Origin: Thermoanaerobacteraceae bacterium
GTDB taxonomy: Bacteria; Bacillota; Thermoanaerobacteria; Thermoanaerobacterales; Thermoanaerobacteraceae
DNA length: 64,000 nt
Assembly: GCA_049700195.1 (NCBI GenBank)
Contig: JBNAVY010000003.1
Span: 17,860 to 81,859, forward strand
Direction of reading: 5' to 3'
Shown: positions 8,380 through 17,479 of the stretch, one piece after another
Position numbering within the stretch: the first letter of the stretch is position 1
Layout of the letters: every line of letters begins with the position of its first letter
Made by a program: the position numbers and the translations under genes
Notes under the pieces: model-generated
The model's database searches: none
What the model was told of the DNA's origin: nothing
Seen by the model: the letters and a program-made list of their open reading frames with translations, nothing else

Positions 8380-8727
8380 ATTAAGGCTATAAGAGGAGCA
8401 ATTACAACAGAAAATACTAAAATTCAAATTTCCCATGATACTATAACCCTTATAGAAGAAATTATAAAAAATAATAATATTGACATAAATGATATCACAG
8501 CTATTTTTTTTAGTACAACAAAAGATATTAATAAAATATATCCAGCTGAGGCTGTTAGGCAATATGGCATTACTTCTGTACCCATGATGTGTTTTCAAGA
8601 AATGGATGTTGAAAATAGTCTTAAAAAATGTATAAGAGTAATTATGTTTGTAAATTTTACAGAAGAAAAAAAAATAAAGCACATATATCTAAAAGATGCT
8701 AAAAATTTACGACCAGATTTAATTTGA
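8380..8727 (+). CDS. aroH: Chorismate mutase, AroH type (non-ATG start, probably ATT)
   Basis: Not in the ORF track. My translation (I/M)KAIRGAITTENT...YPAEAVRQYGITSVPMMCFQEMDVENSLKKCIRVIMFV...HIYLKDAKNLRPDLI aligns along its length with B. subtilis AroH as I recall it (IRGATT, PAKAVR, CMQEMDV, LKKCIRV, LRPDL). Frame opens after TGA 8374-8376; GGAG 8368-8371 is 8 nt before ATT 8380. Confidence 0.85.
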   Translation: MKAIRGAITTENTKIQISHDTITLIEEIIKNNNIDINDITAIFFSTTKDINKIYPAEAVRQYGITSVPMMCFQEMDVENSLKKCIRVIMFVNFTEEKKIKHIYLKDAKNLRPDLI

Positions 8728-8736
8728 GGTGATATA

Positions 8737-9393
8737 ATGACAATTAAAATAGCTATTGACGGGCCTGCAGGAGCTGGTAAAAGTACTATTGCAAAAAAAC
8801 TTGCAGATTTATTAGGTTATATATACATTGATACAGGATCAATGTATAGAGCGATTACATATAAAGTTTTAAAAGAAAAAATTGATATAAATGATGAAAA
8901 TGAAGTTTACTCAAAAATCGTAAATTCAAATATATATTTTGAAAAAAATAAAATATTCTTAGATAATATTGATATTACTGATGAAATCCGAAAACCATAT
9001 ATAAATGACCATGTGTCAAATATATCTAAAATAAAAAAAATACGTGAAATACTTGTAAAAAAGCAGCAAGATATGGCTTTCAAAAATAATGTTGTAATGG
9101 ATGGCAGAGATATTGGAAGTGTAGTACTTCCTGATGCACAATACAAATTTTTTTTAACTGCATCTTTATCCGTAAGAGCAAAAAGGAGATACAATGAATT
9201 AAAAAGTAAAAAATTTAATGTTGAATATGACAAAGTTCTTAAAGAAATTGAAGAGAGAGATATTAATGATTCTACAAGAGATATAGCTCCGCTTATTATA
9301 TCAAAAGATGCAATTGTTATAGATACATCTGATTTAACAATAGATGAAGTTATAAATAAAATATATAAAATTATAAAAGAAAATGAAAACTAA
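8737..9393 (+). CDS. cmk: Cytidylate kinase
   Basis: 218 aa; P-loop IAIDGPAGAGKST; cmk-plsC-ispH-rpsA neighbourhood. Confidence 0.92.
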   Translation: MTIKIAIDGPAGAGKSTIAKKLADLLGYIYIDTGSMYRAITYKVLKEKIDINDENEVYSKIVNSNIYFEKNKIFLDNIDITDEIRKPYINDHVSNISKIKKIREILVKKQQDMAFKNNVVMDGRDIGSVVLPDAQYKFFLTASLSVRAKRRYNELKSKKFNVEYDKVLKEIEERDINDSTRDIAPLIISKDAIVIDTSDLTIDEVINKIYKIIKENEN

Positions 9394-9405
9394 AGGGGAA
9401 ATCTT

Positions 9406-9984
9406 ATGTTTTATTATTTTGCTAAATATATTGTATTAGCAATTATAAAAATAATATTCAGAATAAAGGTTGAAGGTATTCAAAATATACCTGAAAAAGG
9501 TCCAATTATAATATGCCCAAATCATATAAGTCTTTTAGATCCTCCAGTTATTGGAGCCTTAATTAACAGGAGAGTTTATTTTATGGCAAAAGCAGAATTA
9601 TATAAGAACCCCATATTGGGCTTCTTATTAAAAAAGGGGTTAGGTGCTTTCCCTGTAAAACGTGGGACAGCAGATTTTTCAGCAATAAAAACCGCATTAT
9701 CTTATTTAAAAAAAGGTCAAGCTGTTGGAATTTTTCCTGAGGGTACAAGGAGTAAAAATGGTAAATTGAAAGATGCGGAAGCAGGAGTTTCTCTTTTGGC
9801 GATAAAAAGCCGTGCTTTAGTAATACCAATTGGTATTAGTGGCAAATATGGATTATTTTCAAAAATTAATATAAGAATTGGCAAACCTTTAAGTTTTGAT
9901 AAATATTATGAAAACAGGCCTTCTCAAAAAGACCTGGAGTCGATTGGAAAAGAAATAATGGATGAAATATCAAAACTTATATAG
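9406..9984 (+). CDS. plsC: 1-acyl-sn-glycerol-3-phosphate acyltransferase
   Basis: 192 aa; HxxxxD (NHISLLD) and FPEGTR motifs. Confidence 0.85.
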   Translation: MFYYFAKYIVLAIIKIIFRIKVEGIQNIPEKGPIIICPNHISLLDPPVIGALINRRVYFMAKAELYKNPILGFLLKKGLGAFPVKRGTADFSAIKTALSYLKKGQAVGIFPEGTRSKNGKLKDAEAGVSLLAIKSRALVIPIGISGKYGLFSKINIRIGKPLSFDKYYENRPSQKDLESIGKEIMDEISKLI

Positions 9985-9994
9985 GAGGTTTAAT

Positions 9995-10849
9995 ATGAAT
10001 ATTTTTATAGCAGAAAATGCCGGATTTTGTTTTGGGGTTAAAAGAGCAGTTGAGATTGCTTATAATGAAATAATAAAAAACTCAGATAATAATATATATT
10101 CCTTGGGTGAATTAATTCATAATCCTCAAGTTGTTGAAGATTTATCAGAAAAAGGTGTAAAACATATTGAAGAAATTGATATTGAAAAACTAAAACCTGG
10201 TGACAAAATAATTATTCGTACACATGGAATTTCTAAATTACTATATAATAGGTTAAAAGAAAAAAATGTTAAAATAATTGACGTTACATGTCCTTTTGTA
10301 AAAAAAGTACAGGATATTGTAAATGATTACCATTTAAAAGGATATAATATAATCATTATTGGAGATAAAACTCATCCAGAGGTTCAAGGTGTAAATGGAT
10401 GGTGTGATAATTCTGCTTATGTGGTTAATAGTATAGATGAGGCTTTAAACATTTCAGAAATAGAAAAAGGTTGTGTAGTTGCACAAACAACAATTACAGA
10501 AGAAATGTGGCAAAATATAATATCAATCTTAAATAATAAAATAAAAGAACCTGTATATTTTAATACAATTTGTGATGCTACGCAAAAAAGGCAGAAAGCC
10601 GCTTATGAGTTATCACAAAAAGTTGATACAATTATAGTTATAGGTGGCAAAAACAGCTCTAATACACAAAAATTAAAAAAAATATGTGAAAAAAACTGTA
10701 ATAAAACATATCATATAGAAAAACTCGAAGAAATTAATTACAATATGATTAAAGATAGTAATAATATTGGAATAACAGCAGGGGCTTCAACTCCAGATTA
10801 TCTTATAGACGAAGTAGTATCAAAAATAAAGCTTCTTAGAAAGGATTGA
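9995..10849 (+). CDS. ispH: 4-hydroxy-3-methylbut-2-enyl diphosphate reductase
   Basis: GFCFGVKRA, HNP, SSNT motifs of LytB/IspH; ATG 9995 preceded by AGGAGG (track start 9962 overlaps plsC). Confidence 0.92.
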   Translation: MNIFIAENAGFCFGVKRAVEIAYNEIIKNSDNNIYSLGELIHNPQVVEDLSEKGVKHIEEIDIEKLKPGDKIIIRTHGISKLLYNRLKEKNVKIIDVTCPFVKKVQDIVNDYHLKGYNIIIIGDKTHPEVQGVNGWCDNSAYVVNSIDEALNISEIEKGCVVAQTTITEEMWQNIISILNNKIKEPVYFNTICDATQKRQKAAYELSQKVDTIIVIGGKNSSNTQKLKKICEKNCNKTYHIEKLEEINYNMIKDSNNIGITAGASTPDYLIDEVVSKIKLLRKD

Positions 10850-10854
10850 TATAA

Positions 10855-11952
10855 ATGAGTAATTTTATGGAAGATTATAATTTTATAAATATTCATACTG
10901 GCGATATAGTCAAAGGAAAAATAATACGTGTATCTGATGATGGAATTATCGCAGATATAGGTTATAAATCAGATGCATTTGTTCCAAAAAATGAATTAGT
11001 TTTAAACACATCAAAAAATATTAAAGAATATTTTAATGTAGGTGACATAATTGATCTTTATATTGAAAAAAAAGAAAATGAAGATGGTAATGTTTTAGCA
11101 TCAAAAGTTCTTGCAGATAAAGAAGTAGCTAAAGAAAAAATCCAAAAGGCGTTTAACGATGGCGAAGTAGTAGAAGGTGAAATAATTGAAGTAGTAAAAA
11201 GTGGTGTTATAGCTTCTATATTTGGAGTAAAAGCTTTTATACCTGCTTCTTTGTTATCATTACATTATGTGAAGGATTTAAATGAATATATAGGTAAGAC
11301 TCTAAAACTTAAAATAATAGAATTTATACCAGATAAAAAATTAATTGCATCACACAAAGCCGTTTTAGAATTAGAGCGAAAAGAGAAAAAAGAACAACTT
11401 TTTAAAAGCATTAAAGAAGGAGATACAATAAATGGTATTGTAAAAAACATTGTTGATTATGGTGCATTTATTGATATAGGGGGTTTTGATGCTTTTCTTC
11501 CTATCAGCGAAATGAGCTGGGGGAAAATTAAAAAACCTGATGAAATTATAAAGATTGGTGACAATGTTTCAGTATATATATTAAATATAGATAAAGAAAA
11601 AAACAAGATAACTTTAAGTTTAAAAAATATTCTGCAAGATCCATGGATAGATGTAGAAAATAAATATCATGTTGGTGATGTACTAAAGGCAACAATAAGC
11701 AATATTACTACTTTTGGTATTTTTGCAACTTTAGAAGCAGGTATAGATGGTCTAATATACAAAAATAATTTAGAAAATAATATTAAAGATTATAAAGTAG
11801 AAAATTCTATACAGGTAGAAATTTTATCAATAGACATTAATAAACGTAAAATAAGTTTAAAAGAAGTACCTCCAGTAGAAGATATTCCAGAATTAGATAC
11901 TCAAAAATTGAATATTACAATTGGAGATATTATAAATAAAAATAATTTATAA
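10855..11952 (+). CDS. rpsA: 30S ribosomal protein S1 (four S1 domains)
   Basis: 365 aa; four tandem S1 OB-fold repeats (G.V..I..GAF.DIGG type); directly downstream of ispH as in many Firmicutes. Confidence 0.85.
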   Translation: MSNFMEDYNFINIHTGDIVKGKIIRVSDDGIIADIGYKSDAFVPKNELVLNTSKNIKEYFNVGDIIDLYIEKKENEDGNVLASKVLADKEVAKEKIQKAFNDGEVVEGEIIEVVKSGVIASIFGVKAFIPASLLSLHYVKDLNEYIGKTLKLKIIEFIPDKKLIASHKAVLELERKEKKEQLFKSIKEGDTINGIVKNIVDYGAFIDIGGFDAFLPISEMSWGKIKKPDEIIKIGDNVSVYILNIDKEKNKITLSLKNILQDPWIDVENKYHVGDVLKATISNITTFGIFATLEAGIDGLIYKNNLENNIKDYKVENSIQVEILSIDINKRKISLKEVPPVEDIPELDTQKLNITIGDIINKNNL

Positions 11953-11969
11953 CTGTCATGTAAAAAACC

Positions 11970-11997
11970 TTGACAAAAGATAAAAATCTGATAAAAT
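11970..11997 (+). promoter_or_regulatory. Sigma-A promoter TTGACA-16-TAAAAT with TG extension (speH)
   Basis: Consensus -35, TGaTAAAAT extended -10; 49 nt upstream of ATG 12047. Confidence 0.6.
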
Positions 11998-12046
11998 TTA
12001 TATCATTGAATGTATACATTATTTAATAAGGAGGCACGATAACAGA

Positions 12047-12421
12047 ATGAATGCTTTGGGACGCCATATATTGGCAGAAATTTATGGGTGCGATAATAAT
12101 ATTTTAGACAATCATGAAGTTATTGAAGACATAATGGTACAATCAGCTATAGTGACAGGTGCGGAAATACGTGAAGTTGCTTTCCATAAATTTAGCCCCC
12201 AGGGCGTGAGCGGAGTTGTGGTGATATCTGAATCGCATATAACAATTCATACTTGGCCCGAACTAGGCTATGCCGCAGTTGATGTATTTACTTGTGGAGA
12301 TGACGTTAATCCGTGGGATGCCTGTAATTATATAGCTAAAATGCTAAAGGCTACAAATATGACCGCTACTGAAGTAAAACGCGGAGTTTTTGAAAAACCT
12401 GTTCAGGTTGTAAATTTATAA
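12047..12421 (+). CDS. speH: S-adenosylmethionine decarboxylase proenzyme (pyruvoyl, class 1)
   Basis: 124 aa; self-cleavage Glu-Ser site in VVISESHITIHTWPE. Confidence 0.9.
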   Translation: MNALGRHILAEIYGCDNNILDNHEVIEDIMVQSAIVTGAEIREVAFHKFSPQGVSGVVVISESHITIHTWPELGYAAVDVFTCGDDVNPWDACNYIAKMLKATNMTATEVKRGVFEKPVQVVNL

Positions 12422-12514
12422 TATATAAAAATATTCTTGTATATTTTATTTTATTTTGTAAATAATACTAATGAACCTCACAAATACATTGAGACCCCTT
12501 TACATCATTATTTT

Positions 12515-12536
12515 GTGGCTTTATAGCCACTTTTTT
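12515..12536 (+). terminator. Rho-independent terminator (about 95 nt after the speH stop)
   Basis: GTGGCT-ttat-AGCCAC followed by T6. Confidence 0.7.
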
Positions 12537-12560
12537 ATATATTACAAGAGGTGAACTAAT

Positions 12561-13358
12561 TTGGTAGGCTACGAAGATTTTGTAAAAGAAGTATATAAAT
12601 TAACTGGTATAGATTTATCTTTATATAAAGAAAAACAAATGAAGCGTCGGATAGATTCTCTTATTTCAGGTTACAAATTAAAATCTTATGATGAATATAT
12701 TGAACAAATTACCAAAAATAAAAACCTGTATAATGAGTTTTTAAAGTATATAACTATTAATGTAACTGAATTTTTTAGAAATCCAGGTCAATGGGAAATA
12801 TTAGAGAAAGAAATATTACCTAAAATAGTTAAAAAGAATTTTAAAATATGGAGTGCAGCATGTTCTACAGGTGAAGAACCTTATTCAATAGCAATGCTTA
12901 TGACTAATTTTATTGACCTTGATAAAATAACTATTTTAGCTACAGATATAGATGAAACCGTTTTAGATAAAGCTAAAAAAGGTATTTATAATATTGAAAA
13001 TATCAAAAAAGTTCCAAAACATTTTGTAGATAAATATTTTATAAAATATGATGAAAAATCAATGCAAATCAAAGCTGAAATTAGAAATAAAATTAATTTT
13101 CAAAAACATGACTTACTAAATGATAAATATCCTGAAAATATCGATTTGTTAATATGCAGAAATGTAATGATTTATTTTAATGATGTGGCTAAAGACAGAA
13201 TATATAAAAAATTTTATGATTCTTTAAACAATGATGGTATATTTTTTGTTGGCAGTACTGAACAAATAATTTTACCATACAGATATAATTTTGAACCTTT
13301 AAAAACATTTTTTTATAAAAAGTTAACTAATAAAAATTTCATTTCAGAAAAAACGTAA
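12561..13358 (+). CDS. cheR: Protein-glutamate O-methyltransferase CheR
   Basis: 265 aa; CheR N-terminal helical domain plus SAM-methyltransferase fold (TEFFRNP, IWSAACSTGEEPYS); TTG start after AGAGGTGA. Confidence 0.85.
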   Translation: MVGYEDFVKEVYKLTGIDLSLYKEKQMKRRIDSLISGYKLKSYDEYIEQITKNKNLYNEFLKYITINVTEFFRNPGQWEILEKEILPKIVKKNFKIWSAACSTGEEPYSIAMLMTNFIDLDKITILATDIDETVLDKAKKGIYNIENIKKVPKHFVDKYFIKYDEKSMQIKAEIRNKINFQKHDLLNDKYPENIDLLICRNVMIYFNDVAKDRIYKKFYDSLNNDGIFFVGSTEQIILPYRYNFEPLKTFFYKKLTNKNFISEKT

Positions 13359-13388
13359 ATTATACATAGAAAGAAGGTTAAAATTTTA

Positions 13389-14801
13389 ATGGAAAAAAAT
13401 ATTGTAAGTATTTCAGAACAAGATTTACTTAAGCAGAGTAAAATAATGAACGAAATAGCTGATTTAAACAAAAATAAATTGCCTAAATACCATATTGAAA
13501 CTTACGGATGCCAGATGAATGTACATGATTCTGAAAAACTTGCAGGTATGCTGGAAAAAATGGGATATACTTTTACAGATAATATTGCTGATGCCAATAT
13601 AATACTTTTTAATACCTGTGCTGTAAGAGAGCATGCTGAAATACGTGTATTAGGCAGAGTATCCCAATTAAAAGAGCTAAAAAAGCATAAGCCTGATACT
13701 ATAATTGGAATATCGGGCTGTATGATGCAGCAAAAAGAAATCGTACAGAAAATAAAAAATAAATATCCATATGTAGATATTGTATTTGGCACTCATAATA
13801 TATATAAACTTCCAGAACTGATTCATATGTCTTTAAAATCAAAATCAACTGTTTTTGATATAGTTGATGACACAAACAATGTTGTTGAAAATTTACCTGT
13901 AAAAAGATCTGATAAATTGAAAGCATGGGTAAATATAATATATGGGTGTAATAATTTTTGTACTTATTGCATAGTACCATATGTAAGGGGAAGGGAGAAA
14001 AGCAGAAGACCTGAAGATATTATTGCAGAAATTGAAAAACTAGCAGATGAAGGAACAAAAGAAATAACCCTGTTGGGACAAAATGTAAATTCATATGGAA
14101 ATGATCTGAAAGAAGATATAAATTTTGCAAAATTGCTTTATATGGTAAATGATATAAATGGCATAGAAAGAATAAGATTTATGACGTCAAATCCTAAAGA
14201 TATTTCAGATGAACTTATATATGCAATGAGGGATTTAGATAAAGTATGCGAACATTTACACCTTCCAATTCAATCTGGCAGTAATAAAATTTTAGATAAA
14301 ATGAACAGGAAGTATACTAAAGAAAAATATCTTGAAATTGTTGAAAAATTAAGGAGAAATATACCTGATATTACCATAACAACTGATATAATAGTAGGTT
14401 TCCCCGGAGAAACGGATACTGATTTTAATGAAACCATTGATATTGTAAAAAATGTCCGTTTTGATGCTGCCTATACATTTATTTATTCTAAAAGATCAGG
14501 TACAATAGCTTCTAAATTACCTGAACAGATTGATGAAAAAACAAAACACAAACGTTTAGAAGAACTAATAGAATTACAAAATAAAATAAGCATAGAAGAA
14601 AATGAAAAATTAAAAGGCAGGATTCTTGAAGTTTTAGTTGAAGGTATAAGTAAAAGAGACAAAAATAAATTAACAGGAAGAACGCGAACTAATAAAATTG
14701 TTCACTTTGATGGTAGCCCAGATTTAATAGGTAGTTTATTAAATGTAAAAATAAAACAAACAAAAGCTTGGACTATGCAAGGAGAAATAATAAATAATTA
14801 A
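13389..14801 (+). CDS. miaB: tRNA-2-methylthio-N6-dimethylallyladenosine synthase
   Basis: 470 aa; ETYGCQMN, radical-SAM CNNFCTYC, C-terminal TRAM domain. Confidence 0.92.
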   Translation: MEKNIVSISEQDLLKQSKIMNEIADLNKNKLPKYHIETYGCQMNVHDSEKLAGMLEKMGYTFTDNIADANIILFNTCAVREHAEIRVLGRVSQLKELKKHKPDTIIGISGCMMQQKEIVQKIKNKYPYVDIVFGTHNIYKLPELIHMSLKSKSTVFDIVDDTNNVVENLPVKRSDKLKAWVNIIYGCNNFCTYCIVPYVRGREKSRRPEDIIAEIEKLADEGTKEITLLGQNVNSYGNDLKEDINFAKLLYMVNDINGIERIRFMTSNPKDISDELIYAMRDLDKVCEHLHLPIQSGSNKILDKMNRKYTKEKYLEIVEKLRRNIPDITITTDIIVGFPGETDTDFNETIDIVKNVRFDAAYTFIYSKRSGTIASKLPEQIDEKTKHKRLEELIELQNKISIEENEKLKGRILEVLVEGISKRDKNKLTGRTRTNKIVHFDGSPDLIGSLLNVKIKQTKAWTMQGEIINN

Positions 14802-14810
14802 TATGTTTAC

Positions 14811-14841
14811 AAAATGCGCACCTATATAGGTACGCATTTTT
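14811..14841 (+). terminator. Rho-independent terminator of miaB
   Basis: TGCGCACCTA-ta-TAGGTACGCA (one mismatch) followed by TTTTT. Confidence 0.65.
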
Positions 14842-14851
14842 ATGGTATAAT
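14823..14851 (+). promoter_or_regulatory. Candidate extended -10 promoter (TGgTATAAT) for mutSL
   Basis: TATAAT 14846-14851 with TG at 14843-14844; weak -35 TATATA; 24 nt upstream of ATG 14876. Confidence 0.4.
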
Positions 14852-14875
14852 ATATAAAGTCGGAGGTGCAAAATT

Positions 14876-17479
14876 ATGGCTCTTACCCCTATGATGGAAC
14901 AATATTTAAAAATCAAAGAAAAATATAAAGATGCTATTTTATTTTTTAGACTTGGCGACTTTTATGAAATGTTTTATGAAGACGCACAAATTGCTGCAAA
15001 AGAACTTGAAATAGCTTTAACAGGTAAAGACTGTGGTTTAAAAGAAAGAGCTCCAATGGCTGGAATTCCATATCATGCATCTGATTTTTACATAGATAAA
15101 CTAATAAAAAAAGGTTATAAAGTTGCTATTTGTGAGCAACTTGAAGATCCATCAAAAGTTAAAGGTATAGTAAAAAGAGATGTAGTAAGAATATACACTC
15201 CTGGTACAATTATAAACACAAAATCTATAGATGAAAGATCTAATAATTATTTAATATGTGTTTTTAAAGAAAAGTACAATTATGGTATTTCTGCAGTTGA
15301 TGTAACAACAGGAGACTTATACTCTACTCAGATTTTAAATTGCACTGATGAAAGAAAAATATATGATGAAATTGCTAAATATAAACCATCAGAAATAATA
15401 GCAAATGAGTATTTTTATAGAAATAATAAATATGTAAAAATTTTTAAAACGAATAATTGTGCAGTGAATCAGTATGAACCACCACAACTCTCAGAGCAAG
15501 ATAAAGTTAATTTGATTATTAACCAGTTTAATAAAAGTCTTGAAGAATTAAATTTAAATAATAAAAAATATACAATAACTTCTTTAGCTATGCTTTTTAA
15601 TTATCTTAAGGAACTTCAAAAAGTTCCTTTAAAGCATATAAATAAGTTATCTTTTTATGAAGATAATTCTTATATGGTTATAGATTCCAATTCATTGAAA
15701 AATCTTGAAGTATTGGAATCAAATAAAAACAGATCTGTAAAAGGTTCACTTTTATGGGTCCTTGACAAAACTATAACTCCAATGGGGGGAAGACTTTTAA
15801 AAAAATGGTTAGAAGAACCCCTTATAGATAAATACATGATAGATTTAAGATTAGATGCTGTTGAAGAACTTTTGAAAGATTTTAAAAGCAGAAGTTTACT
15901 AAAAACTTCATTAAATAAAATATATGACCTGGAAAGACTTTCAAGTAAAATTGTTTATCAAAATATTAATGCTAAAGATTTTATAGCTATAAAATTATCT
16001 ATAGAAAATTTACCCGATATTAAGGATATATTAAAGAATTTTAATTCATTACTTTTTAAAAATATATATGAAAATTTTGATATCTTAGATGATGTATATA
16101 AACTAATTGATGAATCTATAAAAGATGATCCTTCTTTACAGTTAAAAGAAGGTAACATTATTAAAGATGGATACAATGAAACTGTCGACAATTTAAGAAA
16201 AGCTTCACAAGAAGGCAAAAGCTGGATTGCTAATCTTGAAGCTTATGAGAGAGAAAAAACGGGAATTAAAAATTTAAAAGTTGGTTACAACAAAGTTTTT
16301 GGATATTTTTTAGAAATTACAAAATCAAATATTTCACAGGTTCCTGAAAGATATATAAGAAAACAGACTCTATCTAATGCAGAAAGATATATCACACCAG
16401 AATTAAAAGAAATAGAAGAAAAGATCCTTGGAGCAGAAGAAAAATTAATTGAATTAGAATATAATATTTTTAATGATATAAGAGAAAAAATAGAACTTCA
16501 ACTTATTCGAATACAAAACACAGCAAAAAATATAGCTTTAATAGATGTATTACTATCTTTTGCAGAAGTATCAGAAATCAACAATTATATAAAACCTGAT
16601 ATTAGAAATGATGATACAATTATTATAAAAGATGGCCGCCATCCTGTAATTGAATCAATATTAGAAGATTCTTTTGTATCTAACGATATAAAGATAGACT
16701 CTAATGAACCTATTATGATTATAACTGGCCCTAATATGGCTGGAAAGTCAACATATATGAGACAAGTTGCCCTAATAGTTTTAATGGCACAGACAGGTTG
16801 TTTTGTCCCTGCTTCATATGCACAAATAGGTATTGTAGATAAAATATTTACAAGAGTAGGTGCTTCAGATGATTTATTTTCTGGCCAAAGTACTTTTATG
16901 GTTGAAATGTCAGAAGTAGCAAATATTTTAAAATATGCAACTGATAAAAGTTTAATTATTTTAGACGAAGTAGGACGTGGAACTAGCACTTATGATGGAA
17001 TGAGTATTGCACATGCAGTCATAGAATATATACATGAAAACTTAAAAACTAAAACACTTTTTGCTACACATTATCATGAACTTACACATTTAGAAAATAA
17101 AATGATAGGTGTAAAAAATTATAATATACTCGTAAAAGAAATGCATGATGATATTATATTTTTAAGAAAAATAGTACCTGGTGGAGCTGATAAAAGCTAT
17201 GGTATTCAAGTTTCAAAACTGGCCGGTCTTCCAGATTCATTAATAAAAAGAGCTAAAGAAATCTTAGATAATTTAGAAAATGAAAATGATATAAAAACAA
17301 AAAATAATTCTTATGAAAAAATGACAGTAACACAAATAGATATTTTTACATCTGCAAAAGATGAAATCATAAACAGTATTTATAATTGTGATTTAAATAA
17401 TATGACACCATTGCAAGCACTAAATTATTTATATGCTTTAAAAGAAAAAGCTACTATTATCAGGAGTGAAATATTATGA
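14876..17479 (+). CDS. mutS: DNA mismatch repair protein MutS
   Basis: 867 aa; TPMMEQY, Walker A GPNMAGKST, DEVGRGTSTYDG. Confidence 0.97.
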   Translation: MALTPMMEQYLKIKEKYKDAILFFRLGDFYEMFYEDAQIAAKELEIALTGKDCGLKERAPMAGIPYHASDFYIDKLIKKGYKVAICEQLEDPSKVKGIVKRDVVRIYTPGTIINTKSIDERSNNYLICVFKEKYNYGISAVDVTTGDLYSTQILNCTDERKIYDEIAKYKPSEIIANEYFYRNNKYVKIFKTNNCAVNQYEPPQLSEQDKVNLIINQFNKSLEELNLNNKKYTITSLAMLFNYLKELQKVPLKHINKLSFYEDNSYMVIDSNSLKNLEVLESNKNRSVKGSLLWVLDKTITPMGGRLLKKWLEEPLIDKYMIDLRLDAVEELLKDFKSRSLLKTSLNKIYDLERLSSKIVYQNINAKDFIAIKLSIENLPDIKDILKNFNSLLFKNIYENFDILDDVYKLIDESIKDDPSLQLKEGNIIKDGYNETVDNLRKASQEGKSWIANLEAYEREKTGIKNLKVGYNKVFGYFLEITKSNISQVPERYIRKQTLSNAERYITPELKEIEEKILGAEEKLIELEYNIFNDIREKIELQLIRIQNTAKNIALIDVLLSFAEVSEINNYIKPDIRNDDTIIIKDGRHPVIESILEDSFVSNDIKIDSNEPIMIITGPNMAGKSTYMRQVALIVLMAQTGCFVPASYAQIGIVDKIFTRVGASDDLFSGQSTFMVEMSEVANILKYATDKSLIILDEVGRGTSTYDGMSIAHAVIEYIHENLKTKTLFATHYHELTHLENKMIGVKNYNILVKEMHDDIIFLRKIVPGGADKSYGIQVSKLAGLPDSLIKRAKEILDNLENENDIKTKNNSYEKMTVTQIDIFTSAKDEIINSIYNCDLNNMTPLQALNYLYALKEKATIIRSEIL

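Noticed and set aside
8373-8384. Mini-ORF ATG-AAC-TAT-TAA overlapping the aroH start
   Set aside because: The ATG is only 1 nt from the GGAG, too close for initiation. It is more likely incidental. It is noted only as an alternative (indel) explanation for the missing aroH ATG.
8311-8682. 123-aa minus-strand ORF from the track
   Set aside because: It lies antisense to a full-length, well-conserved AroH chorismate mutase frame. It has low-complexity F/Y/N/I-rich composition and no RBS. It is a shadow ORF.
12471-12554. 27-aa hydrophobic ORF (MNLTNTLRPLYIIILWLYSHFFIYYKR) in the speH-cheR spacer, superficially like a type I toxin; also a possible small RNA bounded by TTGTAT...TAAATA and the 12515-12536 terminator
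   Set aside because: There is no SD upstream of the ATG. The ORF runs through the speH terminator hairpin. No antisense promoter is evident. The promoter-like hexamers are weak in AT-rich DNA. The simplest reading is a long speH 3' UTR.
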